Shown here: positions 14,204-24,385 of the stretch, piece after piece
Position numbering within the stretch: the stretch's first letter is position 1
How the letters are laid out: every line of letters begins with the position of its first letter
Origin: Verrucomicrobiia bacterium
Lineage (GTDB): Bacteria > Patescibacteriota > Saccharimonadia > Saccharimonadales > JAGQNK01
Direction: 5' to 3'
DNA: 64,000 nt
Assembly (NCBI GenBank): GCA_035489575.1
Contig: DATHJY010000011.1
Location: 20,514-84,513 of the forward strand
Translations under genes and position numbers: made by a program
Notes under the pieces: model-generated
Told to the model about the DNA's origin: nothing
The model's input: the letters and a program-made list of their open reading frames with translations, nothing else
Database searches by the model: none

Positions 14204-17065
14204 ATGACAGGGCGCAAGAAAACTATCGTTACCAAAGAAAAAGACAAAATGTTGGCAAAATTTACGACGTTCTTCTTTGATCGTCCCCGAATAACAGCCA
14301 TATTGTGGCTGGTTGTGGCAGTTTTTGGTGTTGCCAGCTACACCACGCTCCTCAAGCGCGAAGGTTTCCCGAGTGTGCAGATCCCCATCGCTATCGTAAC
14401 CGGCACCTATGTGACTAATGACCCAGCAAAGGTAGACGCCGAGGCCGCCAAGCCTCTGGCCGAGATTGCCCTGAAACAGGCAAACGTCAACACCGTTACA
14501 ACCCAGAGTTCTGGCAACTTCTTTAGTACCTCCATTCAGTACAAAGAAGGCACCGATACCGCAGCTGCGGCCAAAACCCTAGAGCAGGCTGTAAAAGACT
14601 CAGGCAAACTACCTGCGTCTGCTCGGCTGCAATACAATGTGCCGTACTTTGGCGCAACCGGGGGAGACATCCGGCAGATAGATATAGCAGTATCTTTTTA
14701 CAGCAAGAAAACAGCTTCAGAGGCAGACCTAAATGCCAAAGCTACCCAGGCTGCTACTTGGCTACAAAACAAAAAGATCCCGCATGTTCATGAGGTCTTT
14801 GTAAAAAGTCCACTCGAGTCTGTTGCCGATCCCTCAACCGGGCAGGCGGTTACGATTCAGCGCAGCTTTGACCGCTATGGCAAGCGTGAGGGAGGCCAGG
14901 CCGCCTTCTATAATTCGGTCATCGTCGGCATGTCTGCCAACAAGGGCACCGATGTCATTAAGCTGGACCACGATGTGCGTCAAGCTTTGCAGGAACTTAT
15001 GGGCCAGCCGGGTTTTCAGGACTATGGCGCAGATGTCAGCGCCAGCTTTGCGCCATCTATCGAAGAGAACTTGAGCGAATTGCAACGAGTGCTCCTAGAG
15101 GGACTGTTGGCAGTGCTTATCGTGGGCTCTATTGTTATCGCCATTCGGGCCTCGCTGATCACAGTCATCTCTATGATCACTGTGCTAGTGGCTAGCATTG
15201 CCTTTCTGTATGCGGTCGGGTATTCGCTGAACGTGATAACACTGTTTGCGCTCATACTAGGTCTGGCACTGATAGTCGACGATACCATTATTATGGTAGA
15301 AGCTATCGACGCCGCCCGAGCACGCGAGAAAGATCCACGCAAAGCCGTACAGATAGCTACCAGAAAGGTCAGCCGTGCCATGGTGGCAGCCACCCTGACC
15401 GCCAGCCTCAGTTTTGCGCCACTGTTATTTGTAGGGGGTATTCTGGGCAGCTTTATTCGAGCCATACCTATTACCATCATTGCCTCGCTCCTGATCAGCC
15501 TAGTGGTAGCACTGGTGTTTATTCCGTTCTTTGCTCGCTTCCTGCTACTTGGCAAAAAGCAAATGGGCAAGCAGGCCGTCAAAGAAGTTGCTGCCGGTTT
15601 CGAGGCCAAGCTGGCACAATTTATTGCCAAGCCCATGCTGTGGGCTAGGCATTCTAAACCCAAGTTGTTTGGGGTGGGCATTACGGCTGTTTTGATTGGT
15701 CTGGCATTTATCGGTGCCGGTGGAGCAATTGCTCGGCACGTGGTGTTCAATATCTTTCCGCCTACCAAGGACACCAACGGCCTCGTAATGGCTATTAACT
15801 TCCCGGCCGGTACAACCATTGGCCAAGCCGAGGCTATCGCCGGCAAGGCCGACGAGCTAACTAAGCAAATCGTTGGTGACAACTTTGTGCAGGCTTCTTA
15901 CTACGGAACCGGCAGTGCCCAAACCGGCACCCTGTTTGTACAACTGACGCCGTACAACAAACGCGATATTCGTTCACCAGAAATCGTCAAGCAAGTGCAA
16001 GATCGCTTTACGGCCGATTTCAAAGAAGCCCAGGTGGCCGTGGGCCAACAAGACGTTGGGCCGCCGTCCGCGTCCTTTGTGGTGCAAATAGACACCGCCA
16101 ATCGGGGGGCAGCCTTTCGGGCCGCCAAAGACCTGGCCGCCTACCTGTCCACTGTCGAACTAAAACGCCTAGATAACAGCACTGCGCGTATGAAAAACGT
16201 CACAGTTGCATCGGCAGATGAATACGTTCGGGTTGGCAACAAATCGGTTGTACAGGTTCAGGCCGGTTTTGACGGCACGGACACCACCACCCTGGTAAAT
16301 TTGGCCCAAGAGGCCGTCAAAGACAAGTTTGGTGGCGCCACTCTGGCAAGCTATGGCCTGGCCAACGACGCCATCCATTTCGAACTAGGGCAAGAGGCAG
16401 AGAACCAAGAATCATTCAACGCCCTCCTGCTAGCATTTCCGGTTCTGTTGGCAGCCATGTACGTATTACTAGCGGTGCAATTCCGTTCGCTCTTGCAACC
16501 ACTGCTGATTTTTTTGGCCATACCGTTTAGTTTCTTCGGCATTATGTTGGGCCTCAATCTCACCGATAACGCCATCAGTTTCTTTGCTATGCTGGGCTTC
16601 TTTGCGCTCATTGGTCTGAGCATCAAGAACACCATTCTGCTGACAGATTTTGCCAACCAGGCCAGACGTGCAGGAGCAGACCCTATCGATGCAGCCGTTG
16701 CTGCGCTGGAAGAACGCTTCCGGCCCTTGTTCGCAACCAGCATGACTGCCGTTGTGTCACTCGTACCCTTGGCTATCGCTAGTCCGTTTTGGGAGGGTTT
16801 GGCCGTGGTACTCATCTTTGGCCTACTGTCGAGCACGTTGTTGGTTGTGACCGTCTTTCCGTACTACTATCTGGGGTCGGAGTACTTGCGACTTAAATTT
16901 AAGCGACGCCATGTGGTGTTTTGGTTGATCGCCCTCATCGGTGGGGTGATTGCTTTGTCTGCCCTGGAAAAGCGCACACTTATTGGCCTGTGGCTGCTCA
17001 TTTGTGCGCTGTATCCAATTGTGTATGTTGTTAACAAAAAGCATGTGCTTCCCCGGGTTTTGTAG
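14204..17065 (+). CDS. RND-superfamily efflux transporter permease (AcrB/AcrD/AcrF-like)
   Basis: 953 aa with the N-terminal FFFDRPRITAILWLVVAVFG helix, two large periplasmic loops and 12 predicted TM segments in the RND pattern. The start could instead be the ATG at 14249 (MLAKF...). Confidence 0.85.
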   Translation: MTGRKKTIVTKEKDKMLAKFTTFFFDRPRITAILWLVVAVFGVASYTTLLKREGFPSVQIPIAIVTGTYVTNDPAKVDAEAAKPLAEIALKQANVNTVTTQSSGNFFSTSIQYKEGTDTAAAAKTLEQAVKDSGKLPASARLQYNVPYFGATGGDIRQIDIAVSFYSKKTASEADLNAKATQAATWLQNKKIPHVHEVFVKSPLESVADPSTGQAVTIQRSFDRYGKREGGQAAFYNSVIVGMSANKGTDVIKLDHDVRQALQELMGQPGFQDYGADVSASFAPSIEENLSELQRVLLEGLLAVLIVGSIVIAIRASLITVISMITVLVASIAFLYAVGYSLNVITLFALILGLALIVDDTIIMVEAIDAARAREKDPRKAVQIATRKVSRAMVAATLTASLSFAPLLFVGGILGSFIRAIPITIIASLLISLVVALVFIPFFARFLLLGKKQMGKQAVKEVAAGFEAKLAQFIAKPMLWARHSKPKLFGVGITAVLIGLAFIGAGGAIARHVVFNIFPPTKDTNGLVMAINFPAGTTIGQAEAIAGKADELTKQIVGDNFVQASYYGTGSAQTGTLFVQLTPYNKRDIRSPEIVKQVQDRFTADFKEAQVAVGQQDVGPPSASFVVQIDTANRGAAFRAAKDLAAYLSTVELKRLDNSTARMKNVTVASADEYVRVGNKSVVQVQAGFDGTDTTTLVNLAQEAVKDKFGGATLASYGLANDAIHFELGQEAENQESFNALLLAFPVLLAAMYVLLAVQFRSLLQPLLIFLAIPFSFFGIMLGLNLTDNAISFFAMLGFFALIGLSIKNTILLTDFANQARRAGADPIDAAVAALEERFRPLFATSMTAVVSLVPLAIASPFWEGLAVVLIFGLLSSTLLVVTVFPYYYLGSEYLRLKFKRRHVVFWLIALIGGVIALSALEKRTLIGLWLLICALYPIVYVVNKKHVLPRVL

Positions 17066-17100
17066 TGCTATACTGGGGGGAGTCAACTTAGGAGGTATAC

Positions 17101-17637
17101 GTGGCGAAAACGCACCAACGCGTATTTGCCTTGATCTTAGCAGTCCTGTTCTTAGCAACTTCTGTTGCTGCGGGTCTGGGCGTGATCTGGCAAATAAGAA
17201 AAGATAACCAGCAAACCAAAGCTGCAGGCGACAATAACAACACTCAAACCGCACAGGAGGGTACATTGGAAGGCACAAAACTAGCAAACTTTACAGCCGT
17301 AGAAAAAGTGAATGCTTTGCAAATTACTGACACCAAGCCGGGAGATGGCGAAGAAGTAAAAGCCGGCGCCACGGTAACCGCACACTACACCGGCGCCCTA
17401 GCCAAAGACGGTACTATTTTTCAGAGTTCACATGATACCGGGCAGCCCATCGAGTTTAGCCTGAGTGGTGTCATTGCTGGCTGGACAGAAGGCGTTCCAG
17501 GTATGAAAGTTGGTGGTACACGCCGCTTGACCATCCCGGCAGACAAGGCCTATGGCGCCAACTCTCCATCTCCCAATATTCCAGCCAATTCTGACCTGGT
17601 TTTTGACATAGAGATAACCGCTGTAAAAAATCAGTAG
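17101..17637 (+). CDS. FKBP-type peptidyl-prolyl cis-trans isomerase, membrane-anchored
   Basis: GTG start after ggaggtatac. N-terminal TM helix, then an FKBP core (VTAHYTGALAKDGTIFQSSHD...GVIAGWTEGVPGMKVGGTRRLTIP). Confidence 0.9.
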   Translation: MAKTHQRVFALILAVLFLATSVAAGLGVIWQIRKDNQQTKAAGDNNNTQTAQEGTLEGTKLANFTAVEKVNALQITDTKPGDGEEVKAGATVTAHYTGALAKDGTIFQSSHDTGQPIEFSLSGVIAGWTEGVPGMKVGGTRRLTIPADKAYGANSPSPNIPANSDLVFDIEITAVKNQ

Positions 17638-17730
17638 TTGTTGTAAACGCTACATATAGGGGTCTTGTCTAAAGCATGAGCACTATATATAATAGATGAG
17701 AGACTAAAAACAAAGTAAAGAGAGGGTAAA

Positions 17731-17979
17731 GTGGTCAAAAACATAACGATCTTCACAACCAACACGTGCGCATACTGCGTCATGGTCAAAAAGTGGTTGA
17801 ACGCCAAGGGCTATCAGTACGAAGAAGTAAACCTAGACCAAAACCCAGACCGACAAAAAGAAGCTTTTGAAATGAGCGGCACGCTGTCTGTCCCGGTTAC
17901 CATCGTGACCAAGCAAGACGACAGCAAAGAAGTAGTCGTTGGCTACAATCTGGCAAAGCTAGCACCCGCCGTTGGCTAA
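17731..17979 (+). CDS. Glutaredoxin/NrdH-like small redoxin
   Basis: 82 aa with a CAYC active site near the N-terminus, a thioredoxin-fold layout and a TVP cis-Pro motif. Confidence 0.75.
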   Translation: MVKNITIFTTNTCAYCVMVKKWLNAKGYQYEEVNLDQNPDRQKEAFEMSGTLSVPVTIVTKQDDSKEVVVGYNLAKLAPAVG

Positions 17980-17993
17980 GGGAGAACTAATAT

Positions 17994-18977
17994 ATGGCAG
18001 ACACAACAGACCACGATGTGGTTATGATTGGTGCTGGGCCGGCAGCCTTGGCCGCAGCAATCTACACTACCAGAGAAGACATAGATACCATTTTGTTTGA
18101 AAAAGGCGCCATTGGCGGCCTTGCGGCAATCACCGACTGGGTCGACAATTACCCGGGCTTTGCGCAGGGCATATCGGGCATGGACCTGGCCACCGGATTG
18201 CAAGAGCAAGCCGAACGGTTCGGCGCCGAGATTCGTCTGGGCGAAGTCCTCAAGATCGAGGACCAGGGTGCAAAGAAGAAACTGACGACAACCGACGGAG
18301 ATATCTTTGCCAAGGCTGTCCTGATTGCCACTGGCAGCGACTACAAGCGTCTGGGTATCCCGGGCGAGGCCGAATACTACGCCCGCGGCGTACACTACTG
18401 TGCGACGTGCGACGGAGCCTTTTATCGCGACAAACGGCTGGTGGTGGTTGGCGGAGGTAACTCGGCTGTACAAGAGGCTATGTTTTTGACTCGCTTTGCT
18501 ACACACATAGACCTGTTGGTTCGTGGCGACAAAATGCGAGCCTCTGAAATTCTGCAACAAGACCTAAAAGACCATACCGACAAGATCACCGTGCACATGA
18601 ACACTACAACCGATGAAATTATTGGTGGTGCCGACAAAAAAGTGACCAATGTCAAAGGCACCGACAAGCTCACCGGCAAACCGGTCAATTTTGAGACTGA
18701 CGGTGTGTTTGTATTCGTGGGACTCAAGCCCAATACCGAGTTTTTGCACGACAGTACTGTCCAATTAGACTCGATCGGCATGATAAAAACTGGTCCTGAT
18801 TTGCAGACCAGCATGCCGGGCGTGTTCGCAGCCGGCGACGTTCGGAGTGGTGCCACTATGCAAATCGCCAGCGCCACCGGCGAAGGAGCTACGGCGGCCC
18901 TTATGATGCGCAAATATTTGGAGGACCACGGCAAGTCAACTATCGCTCCACCCACTCCCGCGACCGTAAGTATGTAA
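17994..18977 (+). CDS. trxB: Thioredoxin-disulfide reductase
   Basis: 327 aa with GAGPAALAAAIY FAD site, CATCDG redox centre and GGGNSAVQEA NADPH site. Confidence 0.92.
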   Translation: MADTTDHDVVMIGAGPAALAAAIYTTREDIDTILFEKGAIGGLAAITDWVDNYPGFAQGISGMDLATGLQEQAERFGAEIRLGEVLKIEDQGAKKKLTTTDGDIFAKAVLIATGSDYKRLGIPGEAEYYARGVHYCATCDGAFYRDKRLVVVGGGNSAVQEAMFLTRFATHIDLLVRGDKMRASEILQQDLKDHTDKITVHMNTTTDEIIGGADKKVTNVKGTDKLTGKPVNFETDGVFVFVGLKPNTEFLHDSTVQLDSIGMIKTGPDLQTSMPGVFAAGDVRSGATMQIASATGEGATAALMMRKYLEDHGKSTIAPPTPATVSM

Positions 18978-19039
18978 GATTTTTACTTTACAAAGTGTAG
19001 GTTTTGCGTAAAGCTGTTCAGTAAGAAAAGGGTGGAACC

Positions 19040-19495
19040 ATGGAAGATACGAGTCCGATCACCATGTCTCAGGCCTGTCTGCTGCATTCCCGCGCTGACC
19101 GAGCCCTGAGGGTGGTAGTGTCCCGGCAGCTTGAACAGTTCGATGTAACAATGATGGAATGGCTCCTGATGAGCGTGGTCTGTAACGGGCCAAAAGAGGG
19201 TATGACTATGAGTGCCGTTGCCTCGGCACTAGACGTAACGCTGCCCCAGGTTACGGCGCTTACAGCCAGTTTGACCAAGTCAAAACTGGTCAAACAAAAA
19301 GTCAGTCGACAGGACCGACGAAGCCGGCGCCTGATATGTGCGCCGTCTGGCAAACGCCTTGTAGAGGAAACAGAAAGTGCCATAAACAAGGCCATGAAAG
19401 ACTGGACGGCTGATATTCCGCCAGAGCAGCTAAAGATATACCTGGCTACCGTAGAGCTACTTGCTATGCGCAAGGTGGCTGATGCTGCAGACTAG
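19040..19495 (+). CDS. MarR-family transcriptional regulator
   Basis: 151 aa with a winged-HTH layout (LTKSKLVKQKVSRQDRRSRRL wing). Confidence 0.8.
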   Translation: MEDTSPITMSQACLLHSRADRALRVVVSRQLEQFDVTMMEWLLMSVVCNGPKEGMTMSAVASALDVTLPQVTALTASLTKSKLVKQKVSRQDRRSRRLICAPSGKRLVEETESAINKAMKDWTADIPPEQLKIYLATVELLAMRKVADAAD

Positions 19496-19537
19496 GCTTA
19501 GCTGCTACAATGGATTGAGTTAAAGGGAGGTATTAGT

Positions 19538-20005
19538 ATGAAAAAATCAACACTCGCCATTATTGTCGCGGTTATTGCCATTGTGGCAGTTGCCGGCGTG
19601 GTAGTAGCCAACAACATGTCTAACGAAAAGAACAAATCTAGCTCTGAAGCTTCGAGCGCCAACACCAACTCGTCAGAAGCCGACGAAATGGCCAACATGG
19701 ATACTAGCCAGACACCAACGCCAAACGCTGGCTCATCGGACACCGCTCAAGCCAGCGCAGTCACCATCCAAGAGTTTTCGTTCAACCCAGCCAAGATCAC
19801 CGTCAAAAAAGGCACTAAGGTAACCTGGACTAACAAAGATTCCACCAAGCACGACGTAACGCCTGACACCGAAGGGGCCTTTACAAAGAGTGAACTGCTT
19901 GGCCAAAACGAAAGCTACAGCGTCACTTTTGACACCGTTGGTAGCTTTAGCTACCACTGCTCACCGCACCCCTACATGAAAGGCATCGTAGAGGTCACGG
20001 AATAG
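19538..20005 (+). CDS. Cupredoxin (plastocyanin/amicyanin-like type-1 copper protein), membrane-anchored or secreted
   Basis: N-terminal TM/signal segment, a low-complexity linker, and a C-terminal cupredoxin domain with ligand pattern H...C-x-P-H-x-x-M (KHDV...YHCSPHPYMKG). Confidence 0.8.
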   Translation: MKKSTLAIIVAVIAIVAVAGVVVANNMSNEKNKSSSEASSANTNSSEADEMANMDTSQTPTPNAGSSDTAQASAVTIQEFSFNPAKITVKKGTKVTWTNKDSTKHDVTPDTEGAFTKSELLGQNESYSVTFDTVGSFSYHCSPHPYMKGIVEVTE

Positions 20006-20056
20006 GCCAATGTTTGCAATCTGGCTTCGTCCCTGTGAAGCCCTAAGTAGCAAATA

Positions 20057-20087
20057 AAATATTTCCGGATTTACTCCGGAAATATTT
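20057..20087. terminator. Bidirectional terminator-like perfect hairpin
   Basis: aaatatttccgga/tccggaaatattt is a 13-bp perfect stem with loop tttac, lying between the convergent cupredoxin (+) and FNR-like (-) genes. Confidence 0.5.
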
Positions 20088-20159
20088 ACCTGCATGAGGG
20101 GAGAGCAGCCGGAGAAAGATGAAGTTGCGGGCCCGCTGAAAGTGGGAAATCATCCCCTC

Positions 20160-20864
20160 TCAAATAGCGTCATAATTTGGGAAGTAGTCGGTTATGAGGC
20201 GCTTTTTGTCGACACCTTTGGCTTTTAGGTCATCAAACAATTTTTCTATCATGGGCTCGGGGCCGGACAGATAGACCATGGCAGTATCTGCTACACCTGG
20301 AACCTCTAGCACGGCATCGGCCGTCAACATGCCAGATTTGCCCTTCCAGTCCTTGGGTGGGTTGTTCAGAATAATCTGGAAGGTAATAGGAGCTTTCTCG
20401 AACAAGTCCCTAAAGGCCACATCCTCTAGCTTGTTTGCGGCGTACAGCAAGTGTATGTCGCGCTTTTCGCCGGTGTCCACCAGCCACTTGATCATGCTGT
20501 GCATGGGCGTCACGCCAATTCCGCCGGCCACAAACACAAGTGGTCGGTCAGTTTGCTTAGGCAGCACAAAATCACCCATGGGTTCTGCCAGCTGTACCTC
20601 GGTGCCCATTGGCAGAGAAAACAACGTCTTCTTGAAACTACTGGCTTTATCACCCGCCCATTTGGTGGTGATGCTCATCATAGCGTCAGTAGGTGAGGAC
20701 GAAACTGTGAACCAGCGCTTGTCGCCACGGTCATCCGGCTTGTCATGCTTCAGTCTGATCTCTGTAAACTGGCCGGCCGTGTAGCGTGCCGGTTTTTCTG
20801 GCTTGAACCAAAAAGTTTTAATATTTTTAGCTTCGTCATGCGTGTGGTCGAGTATAGTTTTCAT
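20160..20864 (-). CDS. Ferredoxin-NADP reductase-like FAD/NAD(P)-binding oxidoreductase
   Basis: 234 aa with the RWFTVSSSP (RxYS-type FAD) motif and the GGIGVTP NAD(P)-binding motif. Confidence 0.75.
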   Translation of the reverse strand: MKTILDHTHDEAKNIKTFWFKPEKPARYTAGQFTEIRLKHDKPDDRGDKRWFTVSSSPTDAMMSITTKWAGDKASSFKKTLFSLPMGTEVQLAEPMGDFVLPKQTDRPLVFVAGGIGVTPMHSMIKWLVDTGEKRDIHLLYAANKLEDVAFRDLFEKAPITFQIILNNPPKDWKGKSGMLTADAVLEVPGVADTAMVYLSGPEPMIEKLFDDLKAKGVDKKRLITDYFPNYDAI

Positions 20865-20907
20865 AGCCTCATTATATACCTGCAGGCTTATGCTATAGTT
20901 TTTACAT

Positions 20908-21444
20908 ATGGAGCCAAATACATCTGCTGACCGGATAGATTTTAGTCAATTATTCGCAACCACCAGGGCGCGCGTTTACTTTGTGTGGCTAGTGATTGTA
21001 GTGGTAGGCTTTGTGGCCACGCATTTTCACCAAGAAAAGAACATCAACGCCTTGTGGTTTTTCCTGTCTGTGTTTGGGCTTGGCTATATGTACAAAACAA
21101 TGCCCATGCGTGTCAAACAAATGCGCAATATTTTCCTGGCGTGGTTGATACCTATAACTGTCGGCATGGTGGTGTCAGCTGCCGTTTTTTATGTCAATTC
21201 TCCAGCAGCTGGTGATATCCTGGCCAACCTTGGCGCATTCTGGATGATAGTGATGGCCGTCGGATTTGCAGCCAACGGTATGGTTGATCCACCTGGACGC
21301 CTGTACTGGATGGCGGTAGTCGCCAACCTGGCCGGCGGCATAGCCTGTTTTATGTTCGATTCTTTGGTACCGATGCAGTACGTGATCGCCGCGATTGTGA
21401 GCGGTTGGTCGATGCTCTCTTTATGGCTCTTTCGCGCTTCTTGA
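20908..21444 (+). CDS. Hypothetical polytopic membrane protein
   Basis: 178 aa with about 5 hydrophobic helices. No family recognised. The 3' end overlaps the convergent GDPD gene. Confidence 0.5.
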   Translation: MEPNTSADRIDFSQLFATTRARVYFVWLVIVVVGFVATHFHQEKNINALWFFLSVFGLGYMYKTMPMRVKQMRNIFLAWLIPITVGMVVSAAVFYVNSPAAGDILANLGAFWMIVMAVGFAANGMVDPPGRLYWMAVVANLAGGIACFMFDSLVPMQYVIAAIVSGWSMLSLWLFRAS

Positions 21445-22117
21445 TATCGGACAGAAATCCCAGCCTGTCCGGATTGTTGGTAGTAATGCTGATATGTGGA
21501 TACAGAAACTTGAGAAAGCGGGCAATCCATACATGATTGACCGTATAGACAATGACCTTTAGGTTATGACGACGAGCCAAGTAGTAGGTGAGTGGATTCA
21601 GGGTCCAGAAGTTAATATCTATCCCGGTAAATCTACGTTCGTACGCCCCATGAACCACATCTAGCGGGCTGGTGTGCTCCAAGGCGTAGGTGTCAACGTG
21701 AGGACACAAGGCGCTGAAGCTCTCTAGCTCATCGTGATTGAACGAGATAACGCTAATAGAACGAGACTGGTGGGTATGCAGGATGCGCGCCAATGGCTGT
21801 GCCCAGCCGCTGTCTTTGGCATCTATGATAAGTGGAGTAGTGCCAACAGCTTTCAGGGCCTCTTGCAATGTCGCAATACGTTTGCCGTTATGCAGCTTTA
21901 GCCCGCGCAGTTCCTCCAGGAGTGTCTCGTGCACAACGGTGCTGTTGGGACTGACACGGCCGATATGTTTGTCATGGGACAACACCAGATGGTGGTCTTG
22001 GGTTAGCCGGACATCTACCTCGACTGCGTCTACCCCGGCCTTAATAGCAGAGCGAATGCTCTCCAGAGTGTTCTCGAGCGCCATACCTGCGGCGCCCCTA
22101 TGGCCGATTATCTTCAT
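21350..22117 (-). CDS. Glycerophosphodiester phosphodiesterase
   Basis: MKIIGHRGAAGMALENTLESI matches the GDPD HRG...ENT motif. I prefer the ATG at 22117 over the ORF start at 22141. Confidence 0.85.
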   Translation of the reverse strand: MKIIGHRGAAGMALENTLESIRSAIKAGVDAVEVDVRLTQDHHLVLSHDKHIGRVSPNSTVVHETLLEELRGLKLHNGKRIATLQEALKAVGTTPLIIDAKDSGWAQPLARILHTHQSRSISVISFNHDELESFSALCPHVDTYALEHTSPLDVVHGAYERRFTGIDINFWTLNPLTYYLARRHNLKVIVYTVNHVWIARFLKFLYPHISITTNNPDRLGFLSDIKKRERAIKRASTNRSQSRRSRTASVPKNRT

Positions 22118-22167
22118 AGCTGTATTACCTCTAGTGTACAATACCTCCAGTACATAAAGGAGATTCC

Positions 22168-22701
22168 ATGCCTGATTTTAATGTTGTTTTAGACGCCGGT
22201 AACGTAAATGGCGGCATTATTAATACCATTATTGAAATTCCTAAGTGGTCTACCCTCAAGATAGAGTGGAACCGCAAACTGGCCTTGTTTGAGCTAGACC
22301 GCGTAGAACCCAGTATTTTTGCCAAACCTACCAACTATGGTTTTATCCCTCAAACGCTGGACGGTGACGGTGATGAACTAGACACCTTGGTCATTACAAA
22401 TGATCCGATTCCTACAGGGGTATATCTGAAGGCTCGTGTCATTGGTGTCCTAAACTTCGAAGATGACGGCGAGATGGATCACAAAATTATCTGTGTGCCC
22501 GTAGACGACCGCAACACCGGCGACCAAATCCAGGGCCTAGACCAAATCCACGAACAGTGGAAACAAAAGATCGAACACCACTTCAACCACTACAAAGACC
22601 TCAAAAAGCCCGGCACTACCAAAGTCTTGGGTTGGGGCAACGCCGACGACGCGAAAAAGATCATAGTGGAGTGCGTCGAGCGCTTCAAAACAGATGCGTA
22701 A
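22168..22701 (+). CDS. ppa: Inorganic diphosphatase (family I)
   Basis: 177 aa with YGFIPQTLDGDGDELDTLV and the acidic active-site pattern of family I PPases. Confidence 0.92.
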   Translation: MPDFNVVLDAGNVNGGIINTIIEIPKWSTLKIEWNRKLALFELDRVEPSIFAKPTNYGFIPQTLDGDGDELDTLVITNDPIPTGVYLKARVIGVLNFEDDGEMDHKIICVPVDDRNTGDQIQGLDQIHEQWKQKIEHHFNHYKDLKKPGTTKVLGWGNADDAKKIIVECVERFKTDA

Positions 22702-23284
22702 GGTCGTTCCAAAAGACGCCGTACTAGTACCGGACCAAGCGGAACGGGTCTTTCACGGTGTTATCTATGACGTATACCATTGGCAACAAAAGCTATTCGA
22801 TGACTCAGACACAACCTTCGAGATGATCAAGCGAGTGGACACAATCGTGGTCATTGGTGTAACGGGTGACAAAATACTCGTCATCGACGAAGAGCAACCC
22901 CATGCGGGCTCAGGGGTGAGCTTTCCGGGCGGACGGGTAGACCCAGATGACGCCTCTATACTAGAAGCCTCTCAGCGTGAGATGCAAGAAGAGACAGGCT
23001 ACGAGTTTAGCCAGTGGCGACTGATAGACGTCAGGCAACCTTTTGTAAAAATCGAGTGGTTTATTCATGTCTACATGGCTACAGATGTCAGAAAAAGGTC
23101 CACACCCCAGCAAGATGGGGGCGAGAAAATCACCATACGCCAGGAATCATTTGAGTCTCTAAAGAAGCTCATAGATGACAAAGTCGGCTCTATGGGCGAG
23201 GCCCGAGACCTCTTCGATAACTTGAAGTCTTTAGATGACTTGCTGGCGCTGCCAGAGTTCCAGGGCCAAGAAGTCGACCGCTAG
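22694..23284 (+). CDS. NUDIX hydrolase
   Basis: Nudix box GGRVDPDDASILEASQREMQEETGY. The start overlaps the ppa stop. Confidence 0.85.
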   Translation: MRKVVPKDAVLVPDQAERVFHGVIYDVYHWQQKLFDDSDTTFEMIKRVDTIVVIGVTGDKILVIDEEQPHAGSGVSFPGGRVDPDDASILEASQREMQEETGYEFSQWRLIDVRQPFVKIEWFIHVYMATDVRKRSTPQQDGGEKITIRQESFESLKKLIDDKVGSMGEARDLFDNLKSLDDLLALPEFQGQEVDR

Positions 23285-23362
23285 ATATAGATATTGCTTC
23301 ATACCTCTTACGCTTATACAATAGGCACTAGCACGACAGAAAATCTAATCTAAGAGGTGGGC

Positions 23363-24385
23363 ATGAAGACAAAAGTAGCTATAAACGGATTTGGCCGAAT
23401 TGGCCGCAATGCTTTTAAAATAGCATTTGATCGAACAGACGCAGAGATTGTGGCTATCAACGATCTTACCGACACCAAGACGCTGGCGTATCTGCTCAAA
23501 CACGACAGCAATTACGGCGCCTACAACAAAAAAGTAACATTTGACGACAAACATATCATCGTAGACGACCACAAGATAGTAGTCACGGCAGAAAAAGACC
23601 CAAGTACTTTGCCATGGAAAGACATGGAAATAGACGTAGTCATAGAATCCACTGGCCGCTTTACCAAAAAAGAAGACGCCGAGCTACACATCAAGGCAGG
23701 TGCCAAGCGTGTGGTCATATCTGGCCCCACCAAGAGTGATGGCGTAGACACCATTGTACTGGGTGCCAACGACGACAAGCTGGAAGGTGCAACAGAAGTA
23801 CTGAGTAACGCCAGCTGTACCACCAACTCACTTGGTGCGGTGATGGCAATTCTAGACAGCCACTTTGGTGTCGAGAAGTCTATGCTAACCACCGTCCACA
23901 GCTATACCGCCAGCCAGGCCCTGCAGGACGCGCCCAACAAAGACTTACGTGAAGGCCGCAACGCCGCCGAAAACATGGTGCCAACTACCACTGGTGCAGC
24001 CATTGCCGTCACCCTGACCCTACCACAGCTCAAGGGCAAGTTTGATGGCCTGAGTATTCGCGTTCCAACGCCTGTTGTTTCTATCAGCGACATTACAGCG
24101 CTGCTCAAAAAAGATACCACTGTCGAAGAAATCAACGACGTTTTCCGAAAATCCGCTAAAGAACCGTTCTTCCAGGGCATCCTGGGAGTGAGCGATGAGC
24201 CACTGGTATCTAGTGACTATATCGGCAATAGCAACTCTGGCACCGTTGACCTACTATTGACCAAGGTCGTAGGCGGTAACCTCGTAAAAGTTATGGTGTG
24301 GTACGACAACGAATGGGGCTATAGCAACCGTTTGGTAGAGGTTGTTGCCGATACCGGACGCCTCTTGCACAAGAAAGCAGCGTAA
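23363..24385 (+). CDS. gap: Type I glyceraldehyde-3-phosphate dehydrogenase
   Basis: INGFGRIGR and SNASCTTN motifs. The ATG at 23363 is preceded by aagaggtggg; the ORF track starts 6 nt earlier at a GTG. Confidence 0.95.
   Translation: MKTKVAINGFGRIGRNAFKIAFDRTDAEIVAINDLTDTKTLAYLLKHDSNYGAYNKKVTFDDKHIIVDDHKIVVTAEKDPSTLPWKDMEIDVVIESTGRFTKKEDAELHIKAGAKRVVISGPTKSDGVDTIVLGANDDKLEGATEVLSNASCTTNSLGAVMAILDSHFGVEKSMLTTVHSYTASQALQDAPNKDLREGRNAAENMVPTTTGAAIAVTLTLPQLKGKFDGLSIRVPTPVVSISDITALLKKDTTVEEINDVFRKSAKEPFFQGILGVSDEPLVSSDYIGNSNSGTVDLLLTKVVGGNLVKVMVWYDNEWGYSNRLVEVVADTGRLLHKKAA

Noticed and set aside
15022-15882. Long antisense ORFs inside confident genes (for example 15022..15882 - in the RND gene, 8785..9309 - in pheT, 57306..57845 - in clpC, 47958..48458 - in the PilB-like gene, 44714..45205 - in dnaE).
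   Set aside because: They lie fully within, and antisense to or out of frame with, strongly supported conserved genes. Their composition is low-complexity and skewed to Ser/Arg/Pro or other few residues, typical of shadow frames, and they lack SD sequences.
21350-21444. 95-nt convergent overlap between the membrane-protein gene (ends 21444) and the GDPD gene (ends 21350).
   Set aside because: The overlap is most simply explained by low-complexity C-terminal read-on of one or both ORFs to the next chance stop. There is no evidence of functional overlap.
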